20,196 bases of DNA. Origin: Caecitellus pseudoparvulus (taxonomy: Eukaryota; Protista; Bigyra: Bicosoecida). Made by a program: the position numbers and the translations under genes. Positions within the stretch are counted from its first letter, which is position 1, and each line of letters opens with the position of its first letter. This document shows positions 18,201 to 20,196 of the stretch, one piece after another. The DNA is taken from contig CBFFRQ010000101.1 of assembly GCA_965644315.1 (NCBI GenBank), forward strand, positions 1 through 20,196, written 5' to 3'. The notes beneath the pieces are model-generated. The model did no database searches and was not told where the DNA came from. It worked only from the letters and a program-made list of their open reading frames with translations.

Positions 18201-18771
18201 CACGGATGTGCCCCCTGGCTTGCGCGACATTGCACAGGTGGCGCTCTCAAAGCGGTCACACCTCGAGGCTATCAAGGGTGGAAACGTGAGGTTGTTGCAC
18301 ACTGGCGGCAGCGAGAACGCGCCCGCATCGGACGCTGGGGGTGAAGAGGGCTCTGAGGGGGGTATGTCTGTTGTGAACTCCTGGTTAGAACTGCTGAAGG
18401 CAGACGTGCGGGTAAAGGCAGAGCAAGTATCCGTTGACGGTGTGAGTGGTGTTGGGCAAGGAGCTGGCGACCATAAGGGCAGTGGTGTTGACAAGTACAA
18501 GAAGCTGAGGGTGACAGCAGAGCCAGTAGATGGAGTTAGCAAGCCAGAGTGGCGGGTGCACATGCTGTACGTCACTAACACAGGCCTTGTAGACAACGAG
18601 CGGTACTTGAACCAATGCGCGAAGTACCTTGACTCCCCGCTGGTGCATGCGATGGTGGGTGGCGACTTTGTGCCTGTGCCCACGCCAACGGCTGAAAAAA
18701 TCACTGAGTTTCCGGATGTGTTTGACTCTGACTCAAGTGATGTCGGTGAACCAAGTGAGCCCAGTGGCTGA
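15270..18771 (+). CDS. P-loop NTPase + PD-(D/E)xK nuclease-like protein (Crinkler/RHS-type NTPase-REase core) with a mitochondrial-presequence-like N-terminus; join(15270..15656,15736..18771), ~1140 aa
   Basis: Phase-0 intron 15657..15735 (cag|GTACGT...ttgacgcAG). Walker A GVHGCGKS (16693-16716), Walker B LVVVDE (16990-17007), VLASSP strand, GNVPR (17341-17355); then EFER (17737-17748), NSPGVD (18085-18102) and VFVEVTSS (from 18142). The first 40 aa have 4 Arg and no acidic residue. Confidence 0.75.
15657..15735 (+). other. Spliceosomal intron (79 nt) linking the presequence-bearing exon to the NTPase-nuclease exon
   Basis: cag|GTACGT donor (same hexamer as the AFG3 intron), ttgac branch-like motif, gcAG acceptor; phase 0/0. 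Confidence 0.8.
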
Positions 18772-19392
18772 AGTGACTGAGGTGTGGAAATGCCTCTCGG
18801 CAAGGCTTCCATGTGTCAGACGAAGGACTGCCACGGAGCGTGGATTGCATAGTTTTCGCCCCGCGATATTTCTTGCCAGGTTTGTGGAGGTTTGCTTGGC
18901 AGGACGGTGCGAGACATGCCTTCCCATATCGAGGCTAGGGCGCCATTGGAGCTCATGAAACAATCAAGTCACGAGACACCCACAAGCTGTGAGACGACAA
19001 TGAACTCGCGAAAAAAAATTCACCCGTGGGACGCTATGCCTTCTTCAACAGTGCTCTGCAGCGGCAAGCGCTGCGATTGAGATTTAGCAACCAACGGTTT
19101 AGTGCAGCCTGGGGCTGAGAGGGGCAGGAGCAAGAGACTTAGACCTGTAAGACTGAGCCCTTCTATGTTATCATTGACCAGGAAGTCTCATTCTTGCCAT
19201 CACTCAGCGACAGGAAGCCAGAGGGCTGCGCAGAGCGGCAAACCGTGCTGCGGAAATCGGTTGTGTTTGCCATGCCAGCCGGCGTCAATTTTGGAGAAGC
19301 TGGCGCAAGGTGGGGCGGCCGCTGGAGCTGGAGGATACACACTATTGATGAACCGCTTTGTGCGAGACGTGAAGGCTATAAATCCTCCTTGA

Positions 19393-20196
19393 TGCCGCTG
19401 CTGCGTGTGGGAAGTTCGCCGCTGCCGTGAAGAAGGCACGCAGAAGTGCCGCTGGCGGCATACTGACCAAGTCGCAGGCAGGGGAGCAGATTCTCATCGC
19501 TACCTGCTCATGTCAGGATGTGTACTTGTGTGGGAAACCTTGTCTGCCTTGCTTCCCGCCACGGGTGAAGGAGTGCCCTTCGAGAGGTGTTGGTGTTTGG
19601 ATTTCAAGCATGTGCTTGTGGAAGAAGTGGAGGCATCTGAGCGCCTGCGGGCCCTTTCTGAAGCTATCGACTTCAACACGGCCATGTCCGACATTCACGG
19701 CATCGCAACTTCAATGGCTGACGATGAGCACTGCGGCGGCAGCATTGTGCCACATCTCATCGTGCCGCACCCGATGTGGTCTGTGGCCACTCTGGAAGGC
19801 ACCACTGCCGCCGCCTTCATCCGTACCTCGTCTTGGGATGAGGGGCACGCCTGTTTGCGCCTCGTGACAGGCGACTCCCGAGGCTCTATGCGCGTGTGGC
19901 AGGTGAATGCCGGCCTGCAGTACATCCAAGAGCTGGGCCACGACGTGCAGACAGATGGCGAAGCAGTCAAGTCTCTGTGCCGTGCTGAACGAGAGACGCA
20001 TGAGGCGCGGTCAGTGGCTCTGGTAGGCATTGACAAGGTCGGTGTCTGCGTGTGGGGCATCTCCAACGACCGTATGGAGGGCGACTTCGCCCCTGTGGAA
20101 GTGCACGATTCGTCCGCAGATGTTGCAGATTCATGCGAGAGCGACTTGCCGGGGTTCTTTGGGGAGATGAGCATACCGCCTGGCGAAGGGTACGAG
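19393..20196 (+). CDS. WD40/beta-propeller-like protein, partial (runs off the right edge; 5' structure unresolved)
   Basis: One frame is open from 19393 to the window end and is missing from the ORF track because it has no stop; first ATG at 19510. It contains LVTGDSRGSMRVWQV (from 19861), GIDKVGVCVWGI, GCVLVWE and HTDQV, all WD40-like. Confidence 0.55.

Noticed and set aside
17850-18812. 320-aa minus-strand ORF opposite the nuclease domain, considered as an antitoxin/antidote
   Set aside because: It is in codon register with the sense gene, Ser/Thr/Pro-rich as is typical of antisense translation, and has no independent coding signal.
1-20196. Prokaryotic operon, CRISPR array, tRNA/rRNA, transposase or terminal repeats
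   Set aside because: Spliceosomal introns and eukaryote-specific genes show nuclear DNA; no repeat-spacer array, RNA gene or transposase motif was seen by eye.

Overview
Gene-dense, GC-rich eukaryotic nuclear DNA with short GT-AG introns (about 59-95 nt), most likely from a compact-genome protist; the lineage cannot be fixed from this window. After splicing, the window holds: a Tudor-domain low-complexity protein (+), an AFG3/paraplegin-type mitochondrial m-AAA protease (+), a divergent PEX3 peroxin (-, 3 exons), a PCIF1/CAPAM-like cap m6Am methyltransferase (+), the TFIIH helicase XPB (+, 4 exons), an orphan ORF (-), a frameshifted ankyrin-repeat fragment (-), a ~1140-aa two-exon gene (+) and the start of a WD40-like gene running off the right edge. 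The ~1140-aa gene is the best candidate for something new. It joins a mitochondrial-presequence-like N-terminus to a P-loop NTPase (DAP3-/STAND-like) and a PD-(D/E)xK restriction-endonuclease-like domain. That is a Crinkler/RHS-type NTPase+REase core, apparently aimed at the cell's own mitochondrion rather than secreted. All calls come from reading motifs by eye; no searches were run.
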